A DNA stretch of 64,000 nt from an uncultured Acidobacteriota bacterium. GTDB lineage: Bacteria > Acidobacteriota > Thermoanaerobaculia > Multivoradales > UBA5704. Position 1 is the first letter of the stretch, and the number at the start of each line of letters is the position of its first letter. The DNA lies in the NCBI GenBank assembly GCA_963698025.1, contig OY969112.1, forward strand, positions 1,861,200 to 1,925,199. Reading direction: 5' to 3'. The position numbers and the translations under genes were made by a program. A model generated the notes under the pieces. That model searched no databases, had not been told where the DNA came from, and was given only the letters and a program-made list of their open reading frames with translations. Below, in pieces: positions 27,376 to 37,367 of the stretch.

Positions 27376-28833
27376 ATGATCGTCGGGGAAGTCCTACCCC
27401 TCCCAACCCTGATGACCCGCCTGATCAGCCTTCCGCTCTGGCTGGCGGCCGTGATTTTCCTGCTCGCCGCCTGGGCGGCTCTCGATCGCCTGCTGGTCCC
27501 CGGCGTCCGCTGGTACCTGCGGCGGCGGGTCAACCGCGCCATCGACGAGCTGAACACCCGGCTGCGGCTGAAGATCCCCCCCTTCCACCGCACCCGGCGG
27601 CGGGTGCTGATCGACCGCCTGGTCTACGACCCCCAGGTGGTCGAGGCGGTCGACCTGCACGCCCGCGAGCAGGGGATTCCGCGCCAGGTCCTGGTCTCGC
27701 GGGTGGAGCGCTACGCCCGCGAGATCGTGCCGGCCTTCAACGCCTACTTCTACTTCCGGATCGGCTACTGGCTTTCCAAGCGGGTGGCCCAGCTCCTCTA
27801 CCGGGTGCGGCTCGGCTTCTCGGACGAAGCCGGCCTCGCCGCCCTCTCCCCCGGCTCGACCGTGGTCTTCCTGATGAACCACCGCAGCAACATGGACTAC
27901 GTCCTGGTGGGCTATCTGGCCGCGGACCGCACCGCCCTTTCCTACGCCGTCGGCGAGTGGGCGCGGATCTGGCCGCTGCAGACCCTGATCCGCTCGACCG
28001 GGGCCTACTTCGTGCGGCGCGACTCGGGGGACCTCCTCTATCGCCGGGTCCTCGAACGCTACATCCACATGGCGACCGCGGCGGGCGTGCCCCAGGCTCT
28101 CTATCCGGAAGGGGGACTGTCGCGCGACGGCCTGCTGCGCGCGCCGAAGCTCGGTATCCTCGACTACATGCTGCGCTCCTTCGACCCTCTCCATGGCGAG
28201 CGCGACCTCGTGTTCATCCCGGTAGGGATCAACTACGACCGGGTGCTGGAGGACCGCACCCTTCTGCTCGACCGGCAGCCGGGGCGGCGGCGGAGCCCCC
28301 TCTTCGCCGTCCGGACCGGGCTGCGCTTCGCCGGCCGCAATCTCTCGCTCATGCTGCGCAGCCGCTGGCACCGCTTCGGCTACGCCTGTGTAAACTTCGG
28401 TACCCCGATCTCGATGCGCCGCTACCTCGGCGAGCGCGGCCTCGACTTCCGGCACCTCTCGCGGGAGGAGCGCGCCGTCCACCTCGAGCATCTGGGGGGC
28501 GAGCTGATGGCGGCGATCGGCGGCGTGATCCCCGCCCTGCCCGTGCCGCTGGTGGCGACCGTCCTGGTCCGCAGCGCCAGCGAGCCGCTCTCCGAGCTGG
28601 AGCTCAAGGCACGGACCTTCCGCCTGATGACCGAGCTGGAAACAGCCGGGGCCCACGTCTACATCCCCCGCCGGGACCAGGACTACGCCATCGTCGCCGG
28701 CCTGCGCATGCTCACCCTGCGCCATCTCGTCGAGGAGAAGGACGGCCTGTACCTGGCGAAAGCGGGCGAGATGCCCCTGCTGCGCTACTACGCGGGCTCG
28801 ATCTCCCACCTGTTCACCCCGGCAGCGGTTTAA
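27376..28833 (+). CDS. Glycerol-3-phosphate / lysophospholipid acyltransferase (PlsB-like GPAT family)
   Basis: The H-x4-D motif is NHRSNMD. The FVRR and YPEGGLSRDG acyltransferase blocks are present. There is an N-terminal transmembrane helix. Confidence 0.85.
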   Translation: MIVGEVLPLPTLMTRLISLPLWLAAVIFLLAAWAALDRLLVPGVRWYLRRRVNRAIDELNTRLRLKIPPFHRTRRRVLIDRLVYDPQVVEAVDLHAREQGIPRQVLVSRVERYAREIVPAFNAYFYFRIGYWLSKRVAQLLYRVRLGFSDEAGLAALSPGSTVVFLMNHRSNMDYVLVGYLAADRTALSYAVGEWARIWPLQTLIRSTGAYFVRRDSGDLLYRRVLERYIHMATAAGVPQALYPEGGLSRDGLLRAPKLGILDYMLRSFDPLHGERDLVFIPVGINYDRVLEDRTLLLDRQPGRRRSPLFAVRTGLRFAGRNLSLMLRSRWHRFGYACVNFGTPISMRRYLGERGLDFRHLSREERAVHLEHLGGELMAAIGGVIPALPVPLVATVLVRSASEPLSELELKARTFRLMTELETAGAHVYIPRRDQDYAIVAGLRMLTLRHLVEEKDGLYLAKAGEMPLLRYYAGSISHLFTPAAV

Positions 28834-28866
28834 ACTCCCGAGGCCGCGTTTCGTATACGACCCGAG

Positions 28867-30048
28867 ATGAGCCGCCGCCGACGCACCCCAGGGACCGTCC
28901 AACGCCTCCAGGGCTTCTTCCGGGAGTACACCGAGGGGCTCGAATCGCGCGACGTCAAGCGCCTGTTCGACCGCGACGCGGCCCGGGCCTACGCCGTGCT
29001 CACCCGCGAGCACAACCAGGAGCCCGAGCCGGCGAAGGGCCTGGGGCGGTTCTTCTTCCGGGCGAAGCTCGCCTTCCTCGGCCTCTCCTACAAGCTCTCG
29101 CCGCCGCGGCGCCTGCTGTTCGGGTTCTCGCTGCTGGCGTTCGTCCTCGGCCTGCTCAGCGACTCGCGCACCCTCTACAGCACCAAGACCCTCAGGATCA
29201 CCGTCCAGTTCTCCCCCTTCTGGTTCGCCCTCAGCGTCGGCGGCCTGATCTTCCTCCTCGCCCTCGAGCTGGTGGACCGCGTCCGCGTGCGCGACGAGCT
29301 GGAGGTCGCCCGCGAGCTGCAGTCGGAGTTGCTGCCGCACGACCTGCCGGCCGTGTCCGGCTATCTGTTCGCCCACTCCTACCGCACCGCCAACGAGGTG
29401 GGTGGGGATTTCTACGACCTGATCCGGCTCCCCGACGGGCGTCTGGCGATGGTGGTGGCCGACGCCAGCGGCCACGGCATGGCGGCCGGCCTGGTGATGG
29501 CGATCGCCAACGCCACCCTGCGCACCGCCCTCGACCTCGACCCCAGCCCGGAGCGGGCGATGGCGATGCTCAACCGCACCCTCTGCCGCACCGGCACCAC
29601 GCGGACGTTCATGAGCGCGTTCTACGGCCTGCTGACCCCGGAGACCGGCGAGATGGAGTTCGTCTGCGCCGGCCACCCCTTTCCGCTGCTGCGGCGCGCC
29701 GGCGGCCAGACCGAGGAGCTCGGCAACGGCGGCTTTCCGCTCGGCCTGCGCGACCCCCTGCCGATGAGCCGCGGCACGGTGACGATCGAGCCCGGCGACC
29801 ACCTCCTCCTCTACACCGACGGCCTGCCCGAAGCCCTGGACCCACTGGGGAAGGCGGCGTTCGGCTACGAGCGCATCCAGGCCGCCCTCCAGCTCGGCGG
29901 CTCGCCGCAGCAGGTGCACGACAACATCCTCCACAGCTTCGACGCCCACGTCGGCGACGAGCCGCTGCGGGACGACCTGACGCTGCTGGTCATCGCCCGC
30001 GGGGCCGGCGCCCGCACCCTTCCGCCGTCTGAGCCCGGGATCAGTTAG
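28867..30048 (+). CDS. PP2C-type phosphatase (SpoIIE family) with an N-terminal membrane segment
   Basis: The SpoIIE/PP2C motifs GGDFYD and VVADASGHG are present. Confidence 0.85.
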   Translation: MSRRRRTPGTVQRLQGFFREYTEGLESRDVKRLFDRDAARAYAVLTREHNQEPEPAKGLGRFFFRAKLAFLGLSYKLSPPRRLLFGFSLLAFVLGLLSDSRTLYSTKTLRITVQFSPFWFALSVGGLIFLLALELVDRVRVRDELEVARELQSELLPHDLPAVSGYLFAHSYRTANEVGGDFYDLIRLPDGRLAMVVADASGHGMAAGLVMAIANATLRTALDLDPSPERAMAMLNRTLCRTGTTRTFMSAFYGLLTPETGEMEFVCAGHPFPLLRRAGGQTEELGNGGFPLGLRDPLPMSRGTVTIEPGDHLLLYTDGLPEALDPLGKAAFGYERIQAALQLGGSPQQVHDNILHSFDAHVGDEPLRDDLTLLVIARGAGARTLPPSEPGIS

Positions 30049-30476
30049 GCCGGCAGGATGTCCTGCCAGTTTGCGAGGGCTACGATGCGCCCCAGAGGTT
30101 GCGCCTTCCGCACGTAGCGGCCATCCGCGCTCACGAGCGTCCCACCATGTTCGATGGCAGTCGCGTGGTAGAGCGTATCGAAGAGATGGTGGTTCAGGTC
30201 GCGGGCGATCTGACTGGCTCTTTTGAGGGTGACCAAATCGTCCGCTACGGGAAATTCCATCGCAGCCAGGAGGTCGAGCGCCGCATCGGCGCTCGCCGGA
30301 CGAAGCCGGGTCACGACCGCGGCCACTTCCGCCAGCCAGTGCGGGGGTTGAAGCAGGTCGATGGTCCCCGTCCTGATCGCGGCGAGCAGCGTCAACGCTT
30401 CCGCAGCGTTTTCTTCCGCTGCGGATTCAGGAAACACCCACTTCACCACCACGCTGGCATCAACAACCATCCTCAT
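30045..30476 (-). CDS. vapC: Type II toxin VapC (PIN domain)
   Basis: MRMVVDASVVVKWV is a PIN N-terminus. An ATGA overlap couples it to the upstream ribbon-helix-helix gene. Confidence 0.8.
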   Translation of the reverse strand: MRMVVDASVVVKWVFPESAAEENAAEALTLLAAIRTGTIDLLQPPHWLAEVAAVVTRLRPASADAALDLLAAMEFPVADDLVTLKRASQIARDLNHHLFDTLYHATAIEHGGTLVSADGRYVRKAQPLGRIVALANWQDILPA

Positions 30477-30706
30477 GGACGATCTGCCTCTCGCGCCCTC
30501 GCGATTTCGGCGCCGGAAACCGGGCTCTGCCGGCGGCGGAAGTCGAGCAGCGCGTCGACGGCGGCGGCGCGGCGCTGCTGCCGCTTCTTCTCCTCGACGG
30601 CCTGCTGCATGAGGCGGGCGATGACGGCACTTTTGTTGTCGTTCGCGAAAGCCTCCTGGAAAGCCTGCTTGACGTCCTCTGGAACGCTGAAGTTGACGGT
30701 AGCCAT
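30473..30706 (-). CDS. Ribbon-helix-helix (CopG-like) antitoxin
   Basis: It is a 77-aa protein (MATVNFSVPEDVKQAFQEAF) translationally coupled to the PIN toxin. Confidence 0.75.
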   Translation of the reverse strand: MATVNFSVPEDVKQAFQEAFANDNKSAVIARLMQQAVEEKKRQQRRAAAVDALLDFRRRQSPVSGAEIARAREADRP

Positions 30707-30864
30707 GGCAAGACCTCGTTGTTGAAATGTTCAACAACATTGTAGCACTGGAGGGATCGGGTGCGGCTGGAGGAGGTCCAGGGTAAAATCTCCCCATCTT
30801 TGAAGAGGAGAGCTTCCTGACCGAAGAGAAGCGGCCGACGCCGCCGTGGTCCCCGCTGCCGCTG

Positions 30865-31623
30865 GTGCGGGCGCTGGTCCTCAACGCCGTCCCGATCTAC
30901 GGCGTCTTCGTGGCCGGCTGGTCGTGGGGCACGATCCTGGCGCTCTACTGGTTCGAGAGCTTCCTGGGCGGGCTCTTCATCCTCCTGCGGATGATGATCC
31001 ACCGCAGCCTCACCCGGAAGCGCGGCTACTGGCGCGGTCAGCTCGGTCTCACGGTGTCGACCAAGGACTCGGAGCCGCGCGGCTTCAAGTCCTTCATCGC
31101 CGAGTTCCTCACCGCTACCCTGGCCTTCAACCTGGCCCACGGCCTCTTCCTGGCGCTGCTCCTGGGCTTGGCGCGGAGCGGAGATCCCGGCGCCGTCATC
31201 CACGCCGTGGACCTGAAGCGTGGAGCGATCGTCATCGCCCTTCTGCTGCTCGGGTCCTTCGTCCTCGACCTCCAGGGTATCCGCGACCGCCCCTTCGCCT
31301 GGATCCGCGCGACCGCCAGGTTCGCCATGGGCCGGACGACGGTGGTCCACATCACGATCATCTTCGGCATGTTCGCGACCTTCTTTCTCCAGACTCCCCA
31401 TGCCGTGTTCAAGATCTTCGCCCTCTTCAAGCTCCTTCTGGAGATCGGCGGCGCTCTGCCTGCGTTCCAGACCCCCGCCGAGGCCCCCGCCTGGGTCGCC
31501 TGGCTCGCGAGCAAAGGCAGGCCCGGCGTGGATTTCCAGGCCGAGTGGCGGAAGGACGTGAAAAAGGAGGCCCGGCAGATCGAACAGGACGAGCAGGTGA
31601 GGACGGAGCGCCGGAGGCGGTAG
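30865..31623 (+). CDS. Integral membrane protein of unknown function
   Basis: It has at least six hydrophobic helices. The start is uncertain, and a TTG/GTG start upstream is possible. Confidence 0.65.
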   Translation: MRALVLNAVPIYGVFVAGWSWGTILALYWFESFLGGLFILLRMMIHRSLTRKRGYWRGQLGLTVSTKDSEPRGFKSFIAEFLTATLAFNLAHGLFLALLLGLARSGDPGAVIHAVDLKRGAIVIALLLLGSFVLDLQGIRDRPFAWIRATARFAMGRTTVVHITIIFGMFATFFLQTPHAVFKIFALFKLLLEIGGALPAFQTPAEAPAWVAWLASKGRPGVDFQAEWRKDVKKEARQIEQDEQVRTERRRR

Positions 31624-31643
31624 GATTTCGGAGCTCCGTCGCG

Positions 31644-32288
31644 TCAGGACCCCAGCCGCTTCCGGAAGTGCTCCCGCCACCCCTCCGCCAGGGCCTCGAC
31701 GCTCGCGGCCCGTCGCAGCAGGCCCGGATCGCTCTTCCCCTTGCGGTCGAGATAGAGGCGGATGACGTCCACCACGGTCACCCTGTTCTCGTCCTCGTGG
31801 ACGCGCTCCATGGCGTCGCCGGCGCCGATCTCCCCCTCCTCGACGATCGCGAAATAGATCCCCGGGCGCTCGCTCTCCAGGAAACGCTCGACGATGTCGT
31901 CGCGGCCGAAGCGGAGGGCCAGCTTGAAGCAGGGCATGCGCGGCTGGGTGACGACCAGCTCCGCCGTGCCGGCGCGGAAGCGGTCGCCGACGTGGACCTG
32001 GTCCTCCCACCACCCCTCGGTGGTGAGGTTCTCGCCGAAGGCGCCCCAGGGCAGGGTCTCCAGCTCCAGCTCGCGCCGCCAGAACGGGTAGTGCTCGGAC
32101 GGATAGGCGTAGACCGCCTTCTCCGGCCCGCCGTGGACGGAGAGGTCGGCCTGGCCGTCCCCTTCCAGGTTGTACCGGCACAGGCCCACCCGCCCCTCGA
32201 CCGGGTCCTTGAAGATGCCGGTCATGATCCGCCGCCCCTTCCAGGCCACGGGCCGGGGGAGCCCTACGTTCACGGAGATGATCTTCAT
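31644..32288 (-). CDS. MOSC domain-containing protein (YiiM-like)
   Basis: The MOSC core motifs GDGQADLSVHGG and ...PCFKL are present. Confidence 0.9.
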   Translation of the reverse strand: MKIISVNVGLPRPVAWKGRRIMTGIFKDPVEGRVGLCRYNLEGDGQADLSVHGGPEKAVYAYPSEHYPFWRRELELETLPWGAFGENLTTEGWWEDQVHVGDRFRAGTAELVVTQPRMPCFKLALRFGRDDIVERFLESERPGIYFAIVEEGEIGAGDAMERVHEDENRVTVVDVIRLYLDRKGKSDPGLLRRAASVEALAEGWREHFRKRLGS

Positions 32289-32444
32289 GCCTTATCCGCC
32301 TGACGGGGGATCGTACCTCTCCTGGGATCTCGATGCGACCGTCTTGCGGCCGGCGCCGGACGATCGAGAGGGCGCGGACCGGACGCAGGCTGTATTCGGG
32401 CTCTGGAGACCGGAGCTCTGTAATCCGTCCACCTTCCTTTCGCC

Positions 32445-32533
32445 GGAGGTTGTAGGGGCGACCTGCGGTCGCCCTCGGCCCGGATACACCGTCGCGATGT
32501 TGAGGGCGACCGCAGGTCGCCCCTACAACCTCC
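32445..32533. repeat. REP family B, inverted pair (GGAGGTTGTAGGGGCGACCTGCGGTCGCCCTC and its reverse complement)
   Basis: It is a perfect 32-nt palindromic unit duplicated in inverted orientation with a 25-nt spacer. The same unit recurs at 48560, 50928, 53040 and 61711. Confidence 0.85.
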
Positions 32534-32615
32534 GGCGGAAGGTCTGCCAATCCCGGCCCGCAACCCCCCGCCCTCCGATCTCGTACAGGTATACTCGGAG
32601 GGTCCTGACGGACCT

Positions 32616-33536
32616 TTGCAGCTCTCCGGGAGGGTCAAGCCTTTGACGAAGGATCGCGCGACGGGCCGGGACATCGTGCTCGCCATCGGCGAGAACATGC
32701 GCCAGAGCCTCGAGCCGCTGGTGACGAAGACGATCGCCCCCAGCCTCTACCAGGTGTATCTCCACGCCGACGACTACGATCGTCTGCGCAGCCTCTTCGG
32801 CGAGCTCGAGGAGGAGTCGAAGAAGCTCCTCGACGGCGAGCTGGCGCGGCTCAACCGCGGCTCGGCGCCGGCGTTCCCCCGCATCCTGCGCAAGAAGAAG
32901 GGCGAGGCGCCGGCCGCGCCGCAGTACGTCAGCGCCGAGGGGCGGTGGACGGTGCGCTTCCAGGAGGACCCCAACGGAACTTTGAGCCCCGGCGACGTCG
33001 AGGTGGTCTCGGAGTTCGCCCGCCCGCCCGAGGCGGGCTACGGCGCCGGCTCGAAGACCCACCGCATCTCCACCACCCGGCGCCTGGGCCAGATGACCAC
33101 CCACCGGGAGAACGCCCAGACAGGACAGGCGGGGCCCTCGGGGACGGTCGCGATGGAGCCCGCGGGGCTGGCGCGGATCGTCTACAAGGACGACCGCGGC
33201 ATCCACACCTTCGTGGTGACCAAGGACGAGATCGTCATCGGCCGCCAGGCGCCGGACGTCTGGGCCGACCTGTCGATCGACACCTCGCTCGACGTCTCCC
33301 GCGAGCACGCTCGCCTCCAGCGCACCCCCGAGGGGGTGTTCCGGATCAAGGATCTCTCGAAGCTGGGGACCACGGTCAACGGCGTTCCCATCCCGCGCAG
33401 CCTGGAGGCCGCGGATGGCGGCGTCAAGGATCTCGACCGCTGGGAATCGCTGCCGGACAAGGCCCGCATCGGACTCGCCGGCGTGATCTATCTGGACTTC
33501 GAGCGTCTGGATTTCGAAAAGGTCGCCCAGCCGTGA
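32616..33536 (+). CDS. FHA domain-containing protein
   Basis: The FHA core is TFVVTKDEIVIGRQ ... SREHARLQ ... TTVNGVPI. The start is TTG. Confidence 0.85.
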   Translation: MQLSGRVKPLTKDRATGRDIVLAIGENMRQSLEPLVTKTIAPSLYQVYLHADDYDRLRSLFGELEEESKKLLDGELARLNRGSAPAFPRILRKKKGEAPAAPQYVSAEGRWTVRFQEDPNGTLSPGDVEVVSEFARPPEAGYGAGSKTHRISTTRRLGQMTTHRENAQTGQAGPSGTVAMEPAGLARIVYKDDRGIHTFVVTKDEIVIGRQAPDVWADLSIDTSLDVSREHARLQRTPEGVFRIKDLSKLGTTVNGVPIPRSLEAADGGVKDLDRWESLPDKARIGLAGVIYLDFERLDFEKVAQP

Positions 33537-33629
33537 CCGGCCTCTTCTACGCCCGCATCGCCTTCCTGGCCGTCCTGGTGATCCTCGCCGCCACGCTGCT
33601 GGCGCTCGCCGTCCGGGAGAGGAAGTAGG

Positions 33630-35369
33630 TTGGCCGCGCTCGGCGCGAAACGCTCCCTGGCGGCGGCCGGCAGCGACCCCGGCCGCGTGCGGGAGAACAA
33701 CGAGGACCGCACCCTCTGCGATCCCGAGCTGGGGATCTATGCCGTGGTCGACGGCGTCGGCGGCGAATCCGGCGGCGAGATCGCGGCGCAGACGGCGGTC
33801 GAGATCCTGCGCGCCCGCCTCTCCCGGCGGACGACCGACACGCCGCGCCTGATCCGCGAGGCGATCGCGCTGGCCAACAAGCAGATCTGGGAGAAGGCGC
33901 AGGCCGATCCCACCCTCGCCGGCATGGCAGCCGTGCTCACCGTCGCCGTGGTCGACGGCGCGCAGGCCACCATCGGCCACGTCGGCGACAGCCGCCTCTA
34001 CCTGCTGCGGCCCGGCGAGATCCGGAAGATCACCCGCGACCACTCCCCCGTCGGCGCCCGCGAGGACGTGGGCGAGATCTCGGAGGCGGAGGCGATGAGC
34101 CACCCGCGGCGCAACGAGATCTTCCGCGACGTCGGCTCGGCGCCCCACGAGCCGGACGAGGAGGGGTTCATCGACGTCACACAGATCCGCTTCGAGCCGG
34201 ACTCGGCCCTGCTGATCTGCAGCGACGGCCTGTCGGACCTGGTGACCTCGCAGTCGATCCTCTCCCTGGTCGAGAGCAACGCGGCGAACCCCAAAGCAGC
34301 CGTCCAGGCGCTGATCGACGCCGCCAATCAGGCGGGGGGGAAGGACAACGTCTCGGTGGTGCTGGTCGAGGGGGAGCGCTTCGCCGCCGCCGCCCGCAAG
34401 AGCCGGCCGGAGACCGCCACGGCGTCTCCCCCGCGGACGGCGGCGCGCGGCGCCGGGGTGGCCCGCTCGGGTGCCGGCTCCAGGATCCTCGGCGGTCTCT
34501 TCGGGATCCTGGCCAGCCGGCCGGCGGTCCTCCTCTACGGCGCGATCCTCGGCGCCTTCGCGTTCGCCGCCTTCGGCCAGGGGCTCGGGCTGCACCTTTT
34601 CGAGTCCGGGCCACGTCCGGCCCCCGCCGGCGTGCTGCGGGTGGGCGCCGGGGACGGCGGGACGGCCACGATCGCCGAGGCGCTGGCGCAGGCCCGGCCG
34701 GGGTCTACGATCGAAGTGGCGCCCGGCACCTACCGCGAGGCCCTCCAGCTGCGCTCCGGCGTCGCCCTGGTTAGCCGCGTGCCGCGCGGGGCGGTGATCC
34801 TGCCGCCGGCGGGGAGCGGCGTGCCGGCGATCGCCGCCCAGGGGGTCGAGGACGCCCGCGTCGCCGGCTTCCGGATCGCCGGGGACGCCCAGGCGCCGCT
34901 CCAGGTGGGGATCCGGCTCGCCGATTCGGCCGTCGAGGTGGAGGGGGTCGAGATCACCGGCGCCCAGACGGCGGGGATCGACATCGCCGGCGCCGACCGC
35001 TCGGCGGTGCGCCACAGCTTCGTCCACGACAACCCGGGCGACGGCGTGCTCGTCGAGGCGGGCGCCGCGCCGCGGCTGCTCTCCAACCTGATCTCCGGCA
35101 ACGGCCGGGCGCCGGGAGCCTTGCGGCCGGGCGTCGAGGTGCAGTCCGGGGCGCAGGCCGAGCTGATCGAGAACCGCTTCCTGGGCAACGGCGGCGGCGG
35201 CGTGCTGCTCGCCTCCCCACAGCGCGGCGACGAGGTCTTCGCCTGGAACTCCTTCCCGGGGCTGGGACGCGCCGAGGCGGTCCGCTCGCCGGCCCCCGTG
35301 GCGCCGCAGCCGGCGGCCCTCCCGGCTCCGGCACCGGCCCGGCCGGCCCCCCGGAGACCGGGGCGTTGA
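33630..35369 (+). CDS. PP2C-family Ser/Thr phosphatase fused through a membrane helix to a right-handed parallel beta-helix (PbH1) domain
   Basis: The PP2C motifs are AVVDGVGGESGG, ICSDGLSDLV and GGKDNVSVVLVE. A transmembrane segment LGGLFGILASRPAVLLYGAILGAFAFAAF follows. The beta-helix repeats (NLISGNGRAPG, ENRFLGNGGGGVLL) come last. Confidence 0.85.
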   Translation: MAALGAKRSLAAAGSDPGRVRENNEDRTLCDPELGIYAVVDGVGGESGGEIAAQTAVEILRARLSRRTTDTPRLIREAIALANKQIWEKAQADPTLAGMAAVLTVAVVDGAQATIGHVGDSRLYLLRPGEIRKITRDHSPVGAREDVGEISEAEAMSHPRRNEIFRDVGSAPHEPDEEGFIDVTQIRFEPDSALLICSDGLSDLVTSQSILSLVESNAANPKAAVQALIDAANQAGGKDNVSVVLVEGERFAAAARKSRPETATASPPRTAARGAGVARSGAGSRILGGLFGILASRPAVLLYGAILGAFAFAAFGQGLGLHLFESGPRPAPAGVLRVGAGDGGTATIAEALAQARPGSTIEVAPGTYREALQLRSGVALVSRVPRGAVILPPAGSGVPAIAAQGVEDARVAGFRIAGDAQAPLQVGIRLADSAVEVEGVEITGAQTAGIDIAGADRSAVRHSFVHDNPGDGVLVEAGAAPRLLSNLISGNGRAPGALRPGVEVQSGAQAELIENRFLGNGGGGVLLASPQRGDEVFAWNSFPGLGRAEAVRSPAPVAPQPAALPAPAPARPAPRRPGR

Positions 35370-37342
35370 TGCTGACCTCGCAGCAGGTGGGGCGCTTCGA
35401 GCTCCGCGACTTTCTCGGCCGCGGCGCCATCGGCGATGTCTACCTCGCCTGGGACCCGGCCACGCAGCGCGAGGTGGCGCTCAAGGTGGTGCGCACCCAC
35501 CGCGCCGACCCGGAGATGCTGGAGGCCGAGAAGAACGGCGTCGCGCTCCAGGAGCAGCTCTCGCGCGTGGCGCCGCAGGTGGCGGCGGTCTACGAGTGGG
35601 GGGAGGACGCCGGCTTCTTCTGGGTCGACATGGAGTACGTGGCCGGCGACGACCTCTCGCAGCGGCTCGCCCGCGGCCCGCTCCCCGAGGACAAGGCGGC
35701 CTCGATCGCCTGCCAGCTCTGCGACATGCTGGAGGCCTGCCACAACTTCTCGGCCGAGATCGGCGGCCGCAAGGTCTACGGCATCATCCACGGCGACATC
35801 AAACCGGAGAACATCCGCCTCCAGGACGACGACCACGTGCGGGTGCTCGACTTCGGCATCGCCAAGCACCTGTCGCAGACCCGCAAGTTCACCGTCAACC
35901 TCTTCGGCAGCCTCCCCTACACCCCGCCCGAGCGGCTCGACCGCGGCGGCGTCGACCGCCACTCGGACCTCTGGGCCGTCGGGGTCGTCCTCTACATCAT
36001 GGTCGCGGGCTACTCGCCGTTCGACGGCGAGGACCCCGAGGCGGTCGAGGGGAAGATTCGCCGCGGCGATCCCGCGGCGCCGCTGCCGGCGAGCATCTCC
36101 CCGGCCTTGAGCCGGATCATCGGCCGCAGCCTGGAGTTCCAGGTCGCCCGCCGCTACCAGACGGCGGCCGGCATGAAGGCCGACCTCGAGGCCTGGATGG
36201 CGGGGGAGCCGCTGCCGGGCGAGCAGGCGCGGGCGGCAAATCCGGGCGAGGATCTGAGCGCCACGCGCCGCACGTCCCGGCCGCTCGACGATTCAGGCTC
36301 CTTCCGCGGCTCGGAGACGCGGCGCACGGACGGCTGGGCCGGGCCCCGGGACGCGGCGCTGGACGCCACCCGGCGCACGGGGGAGCTGCCGGTGACGGCT
36401 CCCCCGGCGGCGTTCCCTCAACCGGCCGCCGCCGCGGCGCTGCCGGCCGAGCCGCCGCCCGCTCCACCGCCCACGCGGCGCCGTCGCTTCGCGCTCCGCG
36501 GCGCCGGGCTCCTCTTCCTGCTCGTCGGGTCGCTGCTCCTCGCCTCGCAGGTCTGGGTGCGCAGTGAGGCGGCGGCGATGCAGCACGACCTCGCCACCCA
36601 GACCGCGCCCGACCTCGACGGCCTCTGGAGCCGCTACCGCAAGCTGGCGCCGCTCAGCCTGCCCGGCTCGGGGCTGGGGGACGTGCGCGAGGAGCTGCGG
36701 GGGGCCCTGCTGAAGTCGGCCGACCGCGTGCTCAACAGCTACCGCGGGGACTCGCCGACCACCACCCAGAAGGGTTGGCAGAAGGCGCACGACCGGCTGC
36801 AGGCGGCGGTCGACCTCAACTACCGGGACCGCGCGACGCGGGCGAAGATGCTCTACACCCAGGGTCACGTCGACCGCATCGACGCCCAGGCGATGAAATC
36901 GCGCGGCCAGAAGGACCCGGCGCGGCAGAAGCTCCGCGATGCCGTCGACGAGTTCCAGGACGCGGCGAAGCTCGCCCCCGACTGGCCGGACCCCTACCTG
37001 GGCCTGGCGCGGGTCTACGCCTACGAGCAGCCCGATCTCAAGCAGCTCGAAACGGCCCTCAACGAGCTCGAGCGCCGCGGCTACCCCATGGGGCGCCGCG
37101 AGAAGGCGATGCTCGCCGACGGCTACCACGCCCAGGCCGAGCAGCTCCTGGCGCAGTCACAGGCAGCGCGCGGCTCGGACGAGGAGACGGAGCTGCTCGA
37201 GAGGTCCCGCGATACCTTCACCCAGACGATCGGCCTCTACCGCGACGCCGGCAACTTCGCCGGCGCCAAGGCCAACATGGCGGCCGCCGCGCAAGAGCTC
37301 CGCGGCATCCTCAGCCGCCTGGAAGAGCTGGGGGTCAAGTGA
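35366..37342 (+). CDS. Hanks-type Ser/Thr protein kinase with a transmembrane segment and an extracytoplasmic helical/TPR-like domain
   Basis: The kinase motifs are GRGAIGDVY, VALKVV, HGDIKPENI and DFGIAKH. A transmembrane segment lies around residue 370. Confidence 0.9.
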   Translation: MMLTSQQVGRFELRDFLGRGAIGDVYLAWDPATQREVALKVVRTHRADPEMLEAEKNGVALQEQLSRVAPQVAAVYEWGEDAGFFWVDMEYVAGDDLSQRLARGPLPEDKAASIACQLCDMLEACHNFSAEIGGRKVYGIIHGDIKPENIRLQDDDHVRVLDFGIAKHLSQTRKFTVNLFGSLPYTPPERLDRGGVDRHSDLWAVGVVLYIMVAGYSPFDGEDPEAVEGKIRRGDPAAPLPASISPALSRIIGRSLEFQVARRYQTAAGMKADLEAWMAGEPLPGEQARAANPGEDLSATRRTSRPLDDSGSFRGSETRRTDGWAGPRDAALDATRRTGELPVTAPPAAFPQPAAAAALPAEPPPAPPPTRRRRFALRGAGLLFLLVGSLLLASQVWVRSEAAAMQHDLATQTAPDLDGLWSRYRKLAPLSLPGSGLGDVREELRGALLKSADRVLNSYRGDSPTTTQKGWQKAHDRLQAAVDLNYRDRATRAKMLYTQGHVDRIDAQAMKSRGQKDPARQKLRDAVDEFQDAAKLAPDWPDPYLGLARVYAYEQPDLKQLETALNELERRGYPMGRREKAMLADGYHAQAEQLLAQSQAARGSDEETELLERSRDTFTQTIGLYRDAGNFAGAKANMAAAAQELRGILSRLEELGVK

Positions 37343-37367
37343 TCTCCTCACCCGGAAAAAACCCGCC

